Position numbers and translations under genes: made by a program
Assembly (NCBI RefSeq): GCF_009834535.1
Contig: NC_045696.1
Location: 116,810,001 to 116,874,000 of the forward strand
DNA length: 64,000 bases
Direction of reading: 5' to 3'
DNA from: Camelus ferus
Taxonomy: Eukaryota
Notes under the pieces: model-generated
Databases searched by the model: none
What the model was told of the DNA's origin: nothing
Seen by the model: only the letters and a program-made list of their open reading frames with translations
In this document: positions 27,201 through 41,338 of the stretch, piece by piece
Layout of the letters: every line of letters starts with the position of its first letter
How positions within the stretch are numbered: position 1 is the stretch's first letter

Positions 27201-30200
27201 CTCATAAAGTAAGTTCAATTTTTGAGAAGAGTTTGAGAAGGATGGGTATTCAATCTTCTTTGGATGCTTGGTAGAAGTCACCAAAGAAGCCGTTTGGTCC
27301 TGGACTTTGTCGGAAAGTTTTGGATTACTGATTAAACCTCCTTACTAGTAATTTGTCTATTCAGGTTTTCTACTTCTTCGCAATTCAGTCTTGGAAGACT
27401 GTGTGTTTCTAGAAATTTATCCACTTCTTCTAGCTTGTCCAGTTTGCTGGCATACAGTTGTTCATGGTATTCTCTTATGATCCTTTGCATTTCTTTGGCA
27501 TCAGCTTTGTCTTCTGTTTCATTTCTGATTTTATTTATTTGAGCCTTCTCTTTTTCCCCCTTAGTGAATATAGCTAACGATTGGTCAGTTTTTCTTATCT
27601 TTCCAAAGAACCAGCTTTTAGTTTCATTAATCTTTTCCAGTATTTTTTTAGTCTCTATTTCATTTATTTCTCCCCTAATTGTTTACTATTTTCCTCCTCT
27701 TTCTAACATGGGGCTTTGTTTATTCTTTTTCTAGTTTTTTGGGGTAGAAAGTTAGGTTGCTTATTTGAGATTCCTTTGTTTCTAGAGGCAGACTTGTATT
27801 ACTGTGAACTTCCTTCCCTCTTAGAACTGTTTTTGTTGCATTCAACAGATTTTGGTATGTTGTATTTTCATTTACCTCAAGGTATTTTTAAATTTTCTCC
27901 TTTGATGGCTTTATTTACCCATTTATGGTCAGTAGTATGTTGTTTAATCTTCATTTATCTGAGATTTTGTAAGTATTCTTCTTGTAACTGATTTCTAGTT
28001 TCATACCATGTGGTCAGAAAAAATGCTTCATATGACTTCAATCATCTTTAATGTAGTGAGGCTTGTTATGCTGCCTAACATACGATCTATCCAGGAGATC
28101 GTTCCACGTGCACTTGAGAAAAATGTGCCATCTGCCACTTTTGGATGAAATGTTCTGTATATATGTATTCACTGCATGTGGTCTAATGTGTTGTTTAAGG
28201 CCAATTCTTCCTTCTTGGTTTTCTCCTGATGATCTATCCATTGATGTAAGTGGGACAGTAAAGTCCCTAGTATTAGTGTATTGCTGTCTACTTCTCCTTT
28301 CAAGTCTGTTAATATTTCTTTTATGTATTTAGGTGCTCCTATGTTGGGTGCATAAATATTTACAGATGTTATATCCTCTTGTTGTATTTATCCCTTTATC
28401 ATTATGTAATGCCTATCTTTGTCTCATTACTACTGTAATAGTAAAACAATTACTATTGTTTTATTAAAGTCTCTTTTGTTTCATGTCAATATAGCTACCC
28501 AGCTTTCTTTTGGTTTCCGTTTGTGTAAAACACCTTTTCCATCCCTTCACCTTCTAATTGTATGTGTCCTTACATCTAAAGAGAGTCTCTTGTAGGCTGC
28601 ATAGAGATGGGTCTTGTTTATTTATCCATTCAAACACTCTATGGCTTTTGACTGGAAGATTTAGTCCATTTACATTCAAATTATGGATAGATATGCACTC
28701 ATCGCTATTTTATTAACTGTTTTTTGTTTCATAGTTCTTCTCTTTTTCTTCCTTCTTCTCTTGTTTTATGCCCTTGTATTTTGGTGGTTTTCTTTACTAT
28801 TACGGTTAGATTCCTTTCTCATTATCTTTTGTGTATCTACTACAGGCTTTTGCTCGCATGAGGTTCACATATATATAAAATGTTTTATATATAAAACAGT
28901 CTATTTCAATTCGATAGCAAGTTAAGTTTGAGCACATTTTAAAACTCTATTATTACTGCCCCCTATGTTTTCTCTTTTTGATGTCACAATTTGTATCTTT
29001 TAATTTCATGTATCCCTTAATTATTGTGGTTATAGCCATTTTTACTTTTATCATTTAACCTTCATACCAGCTTTATAAATGACTACTTACTATCTTTACT
29101 ATATATTTACCTTTACTGATGAAATTTCTACTTCCATTTGTTTGTTTGCTACTAATTAGTGCCCTTAGAAGTCCCTTTAACATTTCTTATAAGGCCATTT
29201 TAGTGGTGATGAACTTTTACCTTTTGCTTGTCTGGAAAACTGTTTATCTCTCCTTTGATTCTTAATGACAGTCTTGCTAGATAGAAAATCCTTGGTTGGA
29301 AACTTTTTTCCTTTCAGCACTTTGACTATATCATGACACTCCCTTCTGGCTTGCAAAATTTCTGCTGAAAATCTGTTACCCTTGTGCACAACAAGTTGTT
29401 TTACTCTTGCTGCTTATAAGATTCTCTCTATATTTAACATTTGACATTTTAATTATAATGTGTCTTGGTGTGGATATTTTGGGGATCACCTTATTTGGAA
29501 TTCTCTGGATCTGGATGTCTCTTTCCTTCCCTAACTTAATAAAGTTTTCAGCCTTTATTTCTTCAAGTAAGTTTTCTGCCCTTTCTCTTTTTCTTCCCCT
29601 TCTGGACCCTTTATAATGCAAATGTTATGTTGCTTGATTTGTCCCATAGGTCCCTTCACTTTAACTCTTTTTGCTGCTCTCTTCAGGTGAGTTCTATTGC
29701 CCTGTCTTCCAGATCACTGATTCTTTCTCCTGCTTCAATCAGTCCGTGGTCAAGCCCCTATAGTGTATTTTCCAGTTCAGTCATTGTATTCTTTAGCTGT
29801 GTGACATCTTATATTTTCTATCTCTTTGTTGAAGTTCTCACTGTGTTCATCTATTCTTTTCCGGGTTTGGTGAGCGTCTTTGTCATTTCCTCTGAACTCT
29901 TTACCTAGTTAATTACTATTTTTATTTCATTAACTTTTTTTCTGGGTTTTTATATTGTTCTTTTGTTTGGAATATATTTCTTTGTTTCCACATTTTGCTT
30001 GACTCTCTGGATTTGTTCCTATGTATTAGGTAAAGCAGCTAATTCTTTCAATCCTGAAGAAGAAGCCTGGTGGAGGTGATAAAATTTCCTGTTTTTCCTT
30101 TGCCCTGGTTCTTTGTTGTCTCTAGAAGCTTTGTGGCTGTCTAAGCAGCCTGATTGATTCGTGATAGGTCTCAGCTGTTGAGAGTGTGTCAACACTTGTC

Positions 30201-31397
30201 AGTATTCCAAAGGGAGGAACCTCAGTCGGCACTGAGTTCCAGGCAGACTGGAAGTCAGACCCTTAGGCAGCAGCTTTTAAAGTATGAAAATATATATAGT
30301 CCTCTGAGACTTCAGATGTAAATAAACCTTGTTGGCCTCTAGACCAGGCAGTTTGGAGGTGTCCCCCTGGTGTCAGTTGCGAAAATCAGGGGTCCAGATG
30401 AGTACAGATGCTCTTCACTGGGAGGGACTGGTGAGCTGTAGTAAGGCCAAGGAAGACCACAAAGGAGGCATCCCCAGTCTGTGTTCCTGAGAGCACCTTC
30501 CTGGACCCCAATGGGTGGTAAACCTGGAGCTGCCCTTCAGAGTGAAGCTCTAGGACAAGTAAATAGGCCTTTTTCACAGGAAGATCTGGAGTGTTTCGCT
30601 CTGCCATGACATGCCCAAGGACGGCAGCCTGCTGAGAACTGTCTCTCTGTTTCAGTCCCATGGGGCCCAGAAAGACAAGTTCCCCTGGCCACCAGAGCCA
30701 GGAAGTCAAGGAGCATCCCCTGTGTGAACTGTGTGCACTCAGTGGCATTAGTGGGGTGGTGGACAACCACGGAGGAGGGGCATGCCCACTAGCACCAGCA
30801 AAATTGAAGGAGCACAAAAATGGCACCTACCAGCCCCTCAGTTCCTGGAGAGATCCCCCAACAGCTTCTGCTCCGGCAGCAGACACTTTATAAGACTAGC
30901 TAAGGAATCCCCTCCACGTACGGTCTAGGCACTTTTCAGACTGATGCCTGTGTCGTTGGTCCTGGGGTGAGTAAGTCTGCATACAGCCCTTTAAGAGTGG
31001 AATTTCTGTTTCCTACAGCCCTTTGTGTCTCCTGGATGTAAGCCCCGTTGGCTTTCAAAGTCAGGTGATTAAGGAGCTTGTCTCTCAGATGCTGTTCTTA
31101 AGGGTGGGGTTGCCTGATGTCGGGCACAACCCCCTCACTCCTCAGGGAGAAGTATCATATGTGAGATTCTTCCAGCTGTGGGCTGCTGTAAGAGCAGTGG
31201 GGCTTTTGGTGAGACCATCTTTCTGCCTCTCCTACTGTCTCGATGTGGTCTTTTCTCTTTTGCCGTGAAGGAGCTGTTCAGCTGGTTTTCAGGTGTTTTT
31301 CAGAGGAAACTGTTCCGTAGGCAGCTGCAGATTTGCTGTGTCTGTGGGAGAAGGTGAGTCCAGGCTTTTCCTACACTGCCATCTTGAACCGCCTCTC
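24294..31397 (-). mobile_element. Apparently full-length degenerate LINE-1 (L1MA9-like 3' end), same orientation as KCNH8
   Basis: GC-richer 5' UTR at about 29950-31397. ORF1 remnants AENLLEEIKAENF...TPRHIIIKMS and FSAEILQARRE at 29177-29621. ORF2 remnants from about 28710 to 24660, and a T-rich 3' end. TSD ctatgattttc (24283-24293) / ctacgattttc (31398-31408). Many stops and frameshifts. Confidence 0.9.
24767..25120 (+). mobile_element. MER2-like Tc1/mariner (Tigger) non-autonomous DNA transposon nested in the L1
   Basis: Imperfect terminal inverted repeats cagctgcccctcagtatctgt / acagatatggagggaggactg with TA on both sides. Interior matches recalled MER2. Confidence 0.88.
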
Positions 31398-31574
31398 CTA
31401 CGATTTTCGGTTTAAATTCTTTCAAACTAGAATGTTGTTATTTTCCATTTAACAGCGATTTAATATCCGTTTATGTTTATACCTTTCCCGATAAAGAATG
31501 GTTTAAGTTTAAAAAAAAATTAAAGATAAATTTCCTTGAAATCTGTAGCCTTAGCGACCTACCTAACTAGACAA

Positions 31575-31593
31575 CATTGCCATCTAGTGGCCT
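31575..31593 (-). promoter_or_regulatory. Candidate CTCF binding site
   Basis: Minus strand reads AGGCCACTAGATGGCAATG, fitting the CTCF core CCASYAGRKGGCR. Confidence 0.6.
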
Positions 31594-32676
31594 AAACATA
31601 CTACGGCCATCACCTTTGGGGTGGGGACTGGGGTCCTAGCATAGTTCTGTCCAGTAAATGCAATGTTAACAGGGATGCCAAAGTCACACCAAGAGTATAG
31701 AAACCCTTCCAGAGCAAACACTGCGCACATTCAGTTAGAGAACCCAGAGCTACCCCAGCTCCACAGAGATAAAAGTACCACCAAAAAAGTACCCTTGCAA
31801 CAAGGTTTTGATCTGCCCTTACTTTTCTTTGAACTTCTAGGGTCCATTTTTTTTTTCATTCCCTTTTTCACCGACTGCTTGAAAACTTTTTCCAAACATT
31901 CTCCCAACTTTACGATAAGGATGTTGCCCTACATCTCTGTGACCAGGTGAAGATGCAGGAATCAGGTTGCTGATGGTGGTCAAGAACTCTACAGGTGGTC
32001 AGTCTAAGCCTTAGTGGAGATCTAGAATCTGTCTTAGAATGAACAAGCAAGAGTGAGGCTTTGGTCTAAACAAGGTGAACCTTTAAGGGATAGGAAAAGG
32101 CTTACAGAGTGGAGCAGAGGCAGCTTCAGCAGAGTTTCCCAATATTCTAGAGATAAATATTCTTAGCAAACATCCCTCAGGGCCTCTCCTTTCAATACAA
32201 TCAGATACTCAGCGCTTCTCCTAATTGACTAGAAGGTTTATGTAACCCTTTGCTTCTGTAACTAGGCCACCTATGGCAAACACAGTCAACATGCCGGAAA
32301 GGCACAGACGGGCATGGAGAACCGTGCCCAGGGCAGGACTGTTATCAGAACACCACTGATGGGTTCTTGCCAAGCTCATCTCTGACCTGGTACAGGTTAA
32401 GATCATAATAGATGTTGAGAGTACAGACAAAACAGCGGTTAAGTCTCTTTTAGCCCACTTTTGATAAAATAAGGATAGAAACAAAAAACATCAGTTTAGA
32501 TCTGTCTGAACAAAGGAACAGTGAGAGAGCTGGAAGAGGCAATTTTCAGAAATCCAAATATGTGCTTCTTCAAAATTTGCATCAGAGGCTGAGTCATGCC
32601 CATGCAAATGGATCTTAGTTCAAATTCGTGTTAGAAAAATCGGGAACACACTTACTTCCCCTATGCAAATCTCCTA

Positions 32677-33006
<330 letters not shown>

Positions 33007-36000
33007 TTACACACACAATTCTGAGGGGAGGATCATTTATACATGCAGTGTCAATCCATCTCACAAGTGACTTTTAAGAGGTCGGTGATGCAAAAAAGTA
33101 GCGATGTACAAGTTAAAACTGGGCAGAAATCTTTGCCATAAGTAACAGGGACATGCAGAGTGTAGTCATCAAGGTTAGTAAGTGAGTAACGCAGGGTTTG
33201 CTCATTAAGAATAAGATTGACCTAAAATGTCAACTAGAAACATCTGAAGTTGCAGGTATAATCCTACATACATTATAAAGACACAGATACAGTTACATCC
33301 CTACTGTCATGGGGCCAATCCATACATGTAGCATTTTGAGATGACAGTCATTATCTAAAAAATATATTCAACCTGAAATTCTTCTAATAACAGCAAAGGT
33401 ACCTTTTTTTTTCCTAAAAAGGACAGAGATATATGATCAACACTGCATTATAAATAGCTGTTTCCATTTCTTTCAAAATATAACCAGGCTGTGGTGACTA
33501 CCTGCATTTTGTGTTATGGTTGTTGGCGAAGTTTCAAGATGGAAACCAAATTTCATAATCTTGGTAGACATGGATTTATTTTGACAGTGGCTAGCCCTTG
33601 TTAAGATGGTAACGTGATAAACGGCTACTTAAAAGTTATTATTCAAGTCATGGGAGGAGAAAGGCAATGTTCACTGTGCAGCTGATTAAATGCAGGAGAA
33701 GAGCTGGAGTTTTTATAAATGCAAAAGCACTTGACTTGGAAGGCAGTCCAAACTGAGGAACAATTCTCTTTATTGCTCTGAAACAAAGGGAGGCCCAACA
33801 ATAGCGTGTGCAGAAATTTGACAGCCTATGACCAGGCATTTGCAGACTTGGCTTTGACCTCAATTAATGAGAAGGACAAGGCAGGTCATGGCAAGTTATA
33901 TGTGAAAGTTAAGCAGAATGAGCAGAACAGTTAAAAGCTCTGGAATACCTGCTGCCTTCAGGTCGTGGTGTTCTCTCGTGTCGGGTGTTGAGGGAAGGGC
34001 AAATTAATGTGCTATGTTCAGGGAGTCCTAAAGCACGTGGGGCATCAAGAAAGGCTCAGGGCTGTCAGGAACACTGGCTCTTTTGCGGTGACCGTCAGGG
34101 GCCAAATAGTTCTGCGACTTTAGTATTAATGCCCCTCCTGTCTCGCATCTCTCCTGGGTAGGCATCCCCAACACGTTTCTACCCCCTGTTCATAGCCTCA
34201 CTCAGCCCACAGGGCACCTCACAGAGCCCGGAGTTCGTGCTTGACCCCTTCCAGGTGGCTCTTTGATGCCCATCTGCCCCCATATCTCTGCTCCATTCAG
34301 TTCCCTGACTTGACCCGCCCGCTCGCCTCATTCCCTGGATTCTAGGAACAAGTTCTAAAGGTGGACGATGGCATAAAACTGAGGAGGAAGAAGGAAGTAC
34401 TGCTGTTAGGATTCCCATCGAAGCTGAAGCTGGTGTACAGGAGAAGGGAGACTTAGGGTCTAGAAGTTTTCATCTCGAGGCTGATGAGGACTTTTGTCGA
34501 CATCAGGACATGATGGATTCTACTAAGATTTTTCTTTCAAATATTTACATCAACAACATGTTACCAAGAGCCATGGAAAAATACCTCCATCTTTACCCAA
34601 GTAAGTCTTTTCCTATCATGCTACCAAGATGAAATTTTTACTTTATTTGAGGGAGAAGCCAACTCTAGAAGTGAAGGTTTGGAAAACTTAAGAAACAATT
34701 TTTTTTTTTTGCTAATGCTGATTATATGAAGAATTAGTGATGCTGATGCAAAAGACGAGCCATGTAATAGTTACATCCACCCATAAGAAAATAAATCACA
34801 CTATTTCATTTTTACAGGCTACCTGAAACATAGTATTTAAGTTATTTAAAAAGGTACTAAGAATCCAGTACATCTCAGATTAGACTTAAAATTTTAAATG
34901 GGTTTTAATTCAAATTCTGCCTACATCTTGACACAATTACCTGAGTAGGGGGAAGAAAAAAGGAATAGATGTCCTTTTCTTCCCATCACTGTATTTGTAA
35001 AGTTTTACTAAGAACCTTTTCAATAGAAGAAAATTTCTTACAATTGGAAAGTGTGCTTTTAGCAGGGAGGGTAAAAAAGACACATTATTCACAACCCTAA
35101 AACATACAGACTTTGTCTAAAGAATAATACAGCCAACTACTCTCGATTTTAGTTATATACTGTGTTTTAGTTTTGTAGCATATTCTTTAGAACCAATGGT
35201 TTAACACTTGTTTAACCTCAGTTGTCTCTAAATTACTGAAACAGTTCTTGAGGCCAAAGCCTAGTTAAGGTTAACTGTTTCCTAAACTATTTTGCAACAT
35301 TTCTTGGAAACTAACTTTGGAATGAGCAAAAGGATGGGAAAACGTTTCTACAGTCATGATGCCGGGTAATTGCAGGGTAGTGTGTACCTCTGGTGACTGC
35401 CGGCACGGGCACCCTGCTGGTCATACTTGGGCATCTAAAGCTCTGTCCTTTCAAACTCCCAAGGCTCCCGTGTGATCTTTCGGGATGAAGACACTTGCAT
35501 CATCCCAATGTCATTTAATAGACAGAGTAGCAAATCAAGGAATGCAGAAATGAAAAATCTTGTCCAAGCTGCACCAGGCAAAGTTGGAGCCAGGACTAAA
35601 AGGTGTTACATCCTGATTCTCAAAGCTTGCTAATGGCCTGATGAGCTCATCTGTTCAGAGCTGAATCACGTATTCCTGCTCCACGGAACTCCATCTGAGA
35701 AGTAAAAGGGAAGGCAGAAACACAGTGCCTTTGAGTCAGAGGGTAACACAGGCTTGGTCCCCTATCTGCTGGTTCTACTTTTGAGATCTCAAGTAAGTTG
35801 TTCTTTCCCATCATTAAAATGGAACTAATAAAAATCATTTCTAGTCCTGGACCGCTGTAATGATACCACAGCAGCAAAAGGAATCTGTAAATATTGAAGA
35901 GCTACAAAAAATACTTTTTTTGGCCTGTGAATGTTCATATCACTAGAATTCCCCCAGAGGCTGATTGTTTAGCCAATAAACCATCCAGATCATTGTTTCC

Positions 36001-37926
36001 CCTTCCTCCTTTTCTCTTTCTGCTGCCTTTTAGCCATTCGGTTCTGTTCTCCTTGAAAGGAGACTGTGAACAGGGCCAGCCCTGATTCCACATTTTGTTG
36101 TCAGAAATAAGTTACCTGTATTGTCAGAGTCACTGTGTCTATTATGTGTCTTTAATTACTATGTATTACTTTAATGCTCCATCCTGATGTTTGTACTTCT
36201 TAAATACATGCAATTTAGCAAATTAGTCAAGCAGTGGGAGTTATGATTTTTTAAATCAGGTTTTTAAGTACTGTTCTGTACTTTGGTGAATCCAAGGGGG
36301 GAAAAAAACCCCAGCATTTTCTGAGAATGCATTTTGAAGCTCACTACTACTTGTTACATTTAAAAGATTCTCAACTAAAGGTTGGAGGACAGTGTCACCT
36401 TTTAGCATCACAGAATCTGTGGCTAATATTCATTTAGGGGCTTTGTTGCCTGCCTTGCGTAAAATCAAGCCCAGATGTGGTTACCTTTGTTTCTTCCTAG
36501 AACTTGTTTAGTGGTACTGAGGCTGACCTGGTACCTGAAAGCAGATACAACTAGGCACAGGGGAAGGTTTCTTAAATCAAGTGGTGTGGACAGTGTTAAG
36601 TCTAGCCCTGGACTCTCAGGAAACCAGTGTGACACTAAGACACCTGGTTCCCCTAGAAAATCTTTATACTAAGTCAAGACAAACTGAACAGTGTGTAACC
36701 TTCACAGCGGTGCGTGGCAGGTCCACATCAGTGTGGGTGACAGTCCAGGAGCACGAATGGATGGAAGCAGCTTGTCTGGCTCCCAGGGAGGAATCCCATG
36801 GGAGCAGAAGCAGGTTTGTTAGCCCTTTCACGTCAGGTCTCACTCCGTATCTGGGCTCATGCATCTTTCCTTGTTCACCACAACCAGCTAAGTGGCCACT
36901 TTCTGTGTTTGATGCACGACTCTGTTTTAGCAAAGCATTTGTATATCAGACTAGGCAGTCTGGAGCTCTTGATGTAAAAAGGAAGATGCCAAAGAATCTC
37001 CTGTGCCTCTAACTCCCAGAACCAGTGGGTCTGAGATCAGCTCCCAAATAGCTCTGGGTGGTTAATGTGACTTCTTCTAATGTCATTGGCAAGTTAGACC
37101 CCAAGTTTCTATGTTGGCCACCCATTAGTCACACTTACCTCCTAAGATGTGTGTCTGGAGATGTCACAGTGTGAATTAATGACACTACCACCATTTGAAA
37201 AATCATCTTTGAATATTTACAACTAAACAGACATAGTTCTGGATTTCTCAGTCAAGTCTCTTAGTTCTAAGAACCAGTGATGAAATTAACTGTGAAATCC
37301 TGGAGGACGTGTATCAGGTAGAGCTCTGCAGTTACCTTTTACAGGTACAGTCATTTGCTGTGATTTTGGACAGATAAGCACCAGGTTTCAGAAAGTTTCC
37401 CTACTGTAATTTACTAAGAGCACAACTTTTAGAAAAACTACACAAAAATGGCATGTAATTTCAAATTCAATGTTCCAATATGTGAAATTTCAATTGTGTT
37501 TTGCCTAAAATGTAAATGTTTACTTGGAGTAACAATGATTTGTTCATGATACCCCTGGATGACAGCCTTAAGTGAAATCAGATAAAGTGCAGAATAGATG
37601 GAACTGAAATTAAATTTGAGACATTTTAACCAACAAACTACAAACGTGCAGTATGACTTGCTCATCATCTTGTTTGTGAAATGCAACCAGTCCCACTTGT
37701 CGCGTCCCTAATACCACACTGTCCTGGCTGCAGTAATATTCTATGCTGTGGTAACAGCATGATTGAGCACTTTTATTACAGAAATGCCTCGCGACTGCCA
37801 ACCTTTTCCAGTTTGTTCTTTATAGGAAAGCACAAGCCTAAGTGTAAAAAAAACTAGAAAAGCCAATAAATGAGTAATTGGAGCTTTTCTTTAGAGAATC
37901 AAACTTTGCCACCAGGGGAAACTCTA

Positions 37927-38160
<234 letters not shown>

Positions 38161-38240
38161 TCAAGAGTACATGTTTTTCAACACCTAAAATTATCTGCTG
38201 GCTTCTAATGACATTTAATTAAATTTTAGTTCTTTACAAT

Positions 38241-38267
38241 TTATATATACATATATATATATATATA
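38241..38267. repeat. (TA)n microsatellite
   Basis: Interrupted TA run. Confidence 0.85.
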
Positions 38268-38289
38268 TTTGTATCACCAAATTAAAGTC

Positions 38290-39420
38290 ATTTAAAAAAA
38301 TTAAAGTAAAACATACAAGAGCATAGAGGAACTCTCAGAGAGAAAGTATCCAATAAAAAAATCTTACTCCTTTCTGCTGCTCCACATTTATATCCCTAAT
38401 TCTACTTTCAACATTTTTCCCAGAAAATATCTAATGCACATGGTATATCCATATTTGTTTCTTTGTATAAATAGAAGTTTATAATAAGTGATTTACATAC
38501 TAATTTTTCCACATCAAAATAATATAAATCATTCCTAATATGAATATTATAACTCTCTCCTATTGTTTTTTATCCCTAAGAGTATACTATTTAAGGATAT
38601 AACTAGCCTTATTTATTTTACTCTTTCCCTATCATGAACATTTAGGTTTATCCAGGATTTTTAAAACATCTGTATAGATAATCTAGCAATGAAAATTCTT
38701 AAATGCTTAGAGCCATGCATTGGTGTGCAAGATATTCAGTAAGTAAATCACTAGCAGTGTATTTAAAATTTAAAATTTTGGTATACACATTCCAAATTTC
38801 ATTCCAGCAACTTATACTCCCAGCAATAGCGAGTGGATGGTGTCTGCTTCAACACACACATTAAATTATGAAATATAAAACAAGTGTTGCCTAACATTTG
38901 GATAGTTGAAAAATGCTATAATATGTTTGAAGTTCATTTTTGAAATTATGAATGTGAATAAGCATTCACTTAAATATTTATTGTCCATTTGCATTTATTT
39001 TTATGAAGTCTATTCATATAATTTTTTGCCAATTTTGAACTTAAATTGGTACTTTCCTATTTATTTCTAAGAGCTCTTTGTATATTAGTCACCATTTTCT
39101 CGTCAGAGGGGCTGCCAATAATGTTCCCATTCTGTTACTTGACCTTGGATTTCATTTATGCAGTATAAAAACTACATTTTTATGTTGTCAGACTTATCAA
39201 TCTATCAATCTGTAGTGTCTAGACTTTATGCAGAGTGAAACTGCATCATCAAACTGTCCACACTCAAAAATTATTTTTAAAATCTAAGTTTGCTTTTTCC
39301 CGACATGTTTATGTCTTTACTTTTTAAACATCTAAACCTTTAATCCAATTGTACTCTACTTTAGTAAGACTAGGTAGGAATGCAGCTATTTTATTTTCTT
39401 TCCAAAAAGCTAATGCCCAA
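38290..39420 (-). mobile_element. Very old L1 (L1ME-like) fragment
   Basis: atgaacatttaggttta, ttatactcccagcaat, ttattgtccatttgcattt and agagctctttgtatatta are antisense L1 motifs. Confidence 0.6.
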
Positions 39421-39724
39421 GAGAAATAGATAAATTGATTACATGACATTAAAAAACATTTAGTCTCTATTTGGTCAGTTGGTGAACATACAATTTCATC
39501 CTAAATAAATTGCATGTATGTTACAATAATTGCAAAACATAAAAATTACAAAAATAAATTGTGTATATATATTACAATAATTACAAAGTACAAAAATTAT
39601 AAACTATTATTTATCTAAGCTTCATCATCAAAGCTCTATAGTATTATAAAGGCTGTCTGATTCCTAGTCATAAAAATGATTTGGTTTGGTTTTTACACTG
39701 GGGAAGTATTATTGATGTAACTAC

Positions 39725-39950
39725 TATTGATTGCCACTGTGTGCCAGGCCCTGTACTTGATCCTCAGTATTAATAAGTTTCAATTAACCTTTATGAATAT
39801 TCAGTGAAATAAACATTATTATATTCTATGTACAGAGGAGAAAACTGGAAGGTCCAACGTCATGTCCTGTGATCACAGGGCCAGTCAGCAGCAGAGCCAG
39901 TCTCCAAAGCCAGATTGGTCTAAACTTCTCCTTCCACCCGCAGCACCAAG
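39725..39950 (-). mobile_element. MIR SINE
   Basis: actgtgtgccaggccctgtact...tacagaggagaaaactgga...gatcacagggccagtcagcagcagagccag. Confidence 0.65.
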
Positions 39951-40184
39951 TCCCTTAATGATGTAAACCAACACTCAGGAACTGCTGCCTGGTGTTAAGT
40001 GTCACATACACTAATGGGTATCATAGTCGCTGCCCATCTGAGCCTCATCTGTAGGTGCTTGAAGGACTCAGACCACCCCTCAGTCTCAGTTCACCCTGGG
40101 ATGCTTTTAAGGACCAAAAAATAGGATGTTTTATTCACTGCAAAAGTCTAATCTGATGTTCCATTTTTTTTTTTAAAGAAAAAA

Positions 40185-40250
40185 AATAGACTTTGTTAGA
40201 GCAGTTTTAGGTTTGCAGCAAACCTGAGCACCAAGTACAGAGATATCCCA
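40185..40250 (-). mobile_element. Short L1M 3' terminus
   Basis: atagactttgttagagcagttttaggtttgcagcaaacctgagc...agtacagagatatccca. Confidence 0.6.
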
Positions 40251-41019
40251 CTGACGGTACATGTTCTTTAATTGCTTGCCATTTGCTTCAAACTTTGAAA
40301 GAATGTTTAAAATATGATATATTACTATAGACTTGAATCACTAAAAACAGATTAACAACAAAAACAATGTAGAAGATCAAAGGGGGCACTTTTTGGGGAA
40401 GCTTTTTGGAAACTCGACTGAATAAGGCACATTTCATTGTATTGCTGAAAGTTAAGATCATGTCTGCATGCGCTCAAGTTTTTGGTCTGCAGAGAACTCT
40501 TGTAAATTACATCTAAAAATGTAATTATCGATCCATCAGGGCGTAATTTTAAATATATTTAAATTGTAAAACTGCCAGAGTTTTAAGATAAGGTCTCCAG
40601 AACGTGGTACAAAAGGCCAGCAGGCTGTTTATGTAACATCAGTCAGTATCAAAATGCCAGGTGGAATTACAGTGCTAAGTACAAAATGGACCAGATTAGA
40701 GATGTGTGACAGGCAATAAGCCAAATCCCTTCTCAGTGGACAAATCTAATTATTGGTGAGATTTTCCAAATCAAACAACAACAGTTTCACAGTTCTAAAA
40801 AAAAAAAAAAAAAAAGCCCCTCAAAGGGAAATGTCAAAGAAATACGTATGTCTTGGTCTTGGCTCTACAAGGAAGGAAAAATAAAGTTTCCCTTAAAAAG
40901 TTTTAGTCACAGTTTAACATTCCTGCAAGATTGGGCTTGAAAGTCATCCCACTTAGGTGATCTAAAATCTCCCAAGCAAAGGAATGAATTTAAAAGGATC
41001 TTGAACCCCATAGTAGACA

Positions 41020-41150
41020 GAGCACAGGCTTAGCATGCACGAGGTCCTGGGTTCAATCCCCAGCACCTCCATTAAAATAAATAAATAAACCTAATTATTG
41101 CACTGCCTCCCCAGAAAAAAACAACAAAAAAGTTTTTAAAAAGAATAAAA
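41020..41150 (+). mobile_element. tRNA-derived camelid SINE (Vic-1-like), 5'-truncated
   Basis: gcttagcatgcacgaggtcctgggttcaatccccagcacctcc...aaacctaatta plus A tail. Confidence 0.85.
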
Positions 41151-41284
41151 CAACCTAAAATTTAAATGAGGGAAACTCAACAATTTCAAAAAAATAAAAA
41201 ATTAAAAAATTAAATGGTCCTGGGTTGGTGGTTCCTGAATGAAAAAGAAATCATAAATAGACTAGGGAGAAATTCATTAAAAAA

Positions 41285-41307
41285 TGTGTGTGTATATATA
41301 TACACAC

Positions 41308-41338
<31 letters not shown>

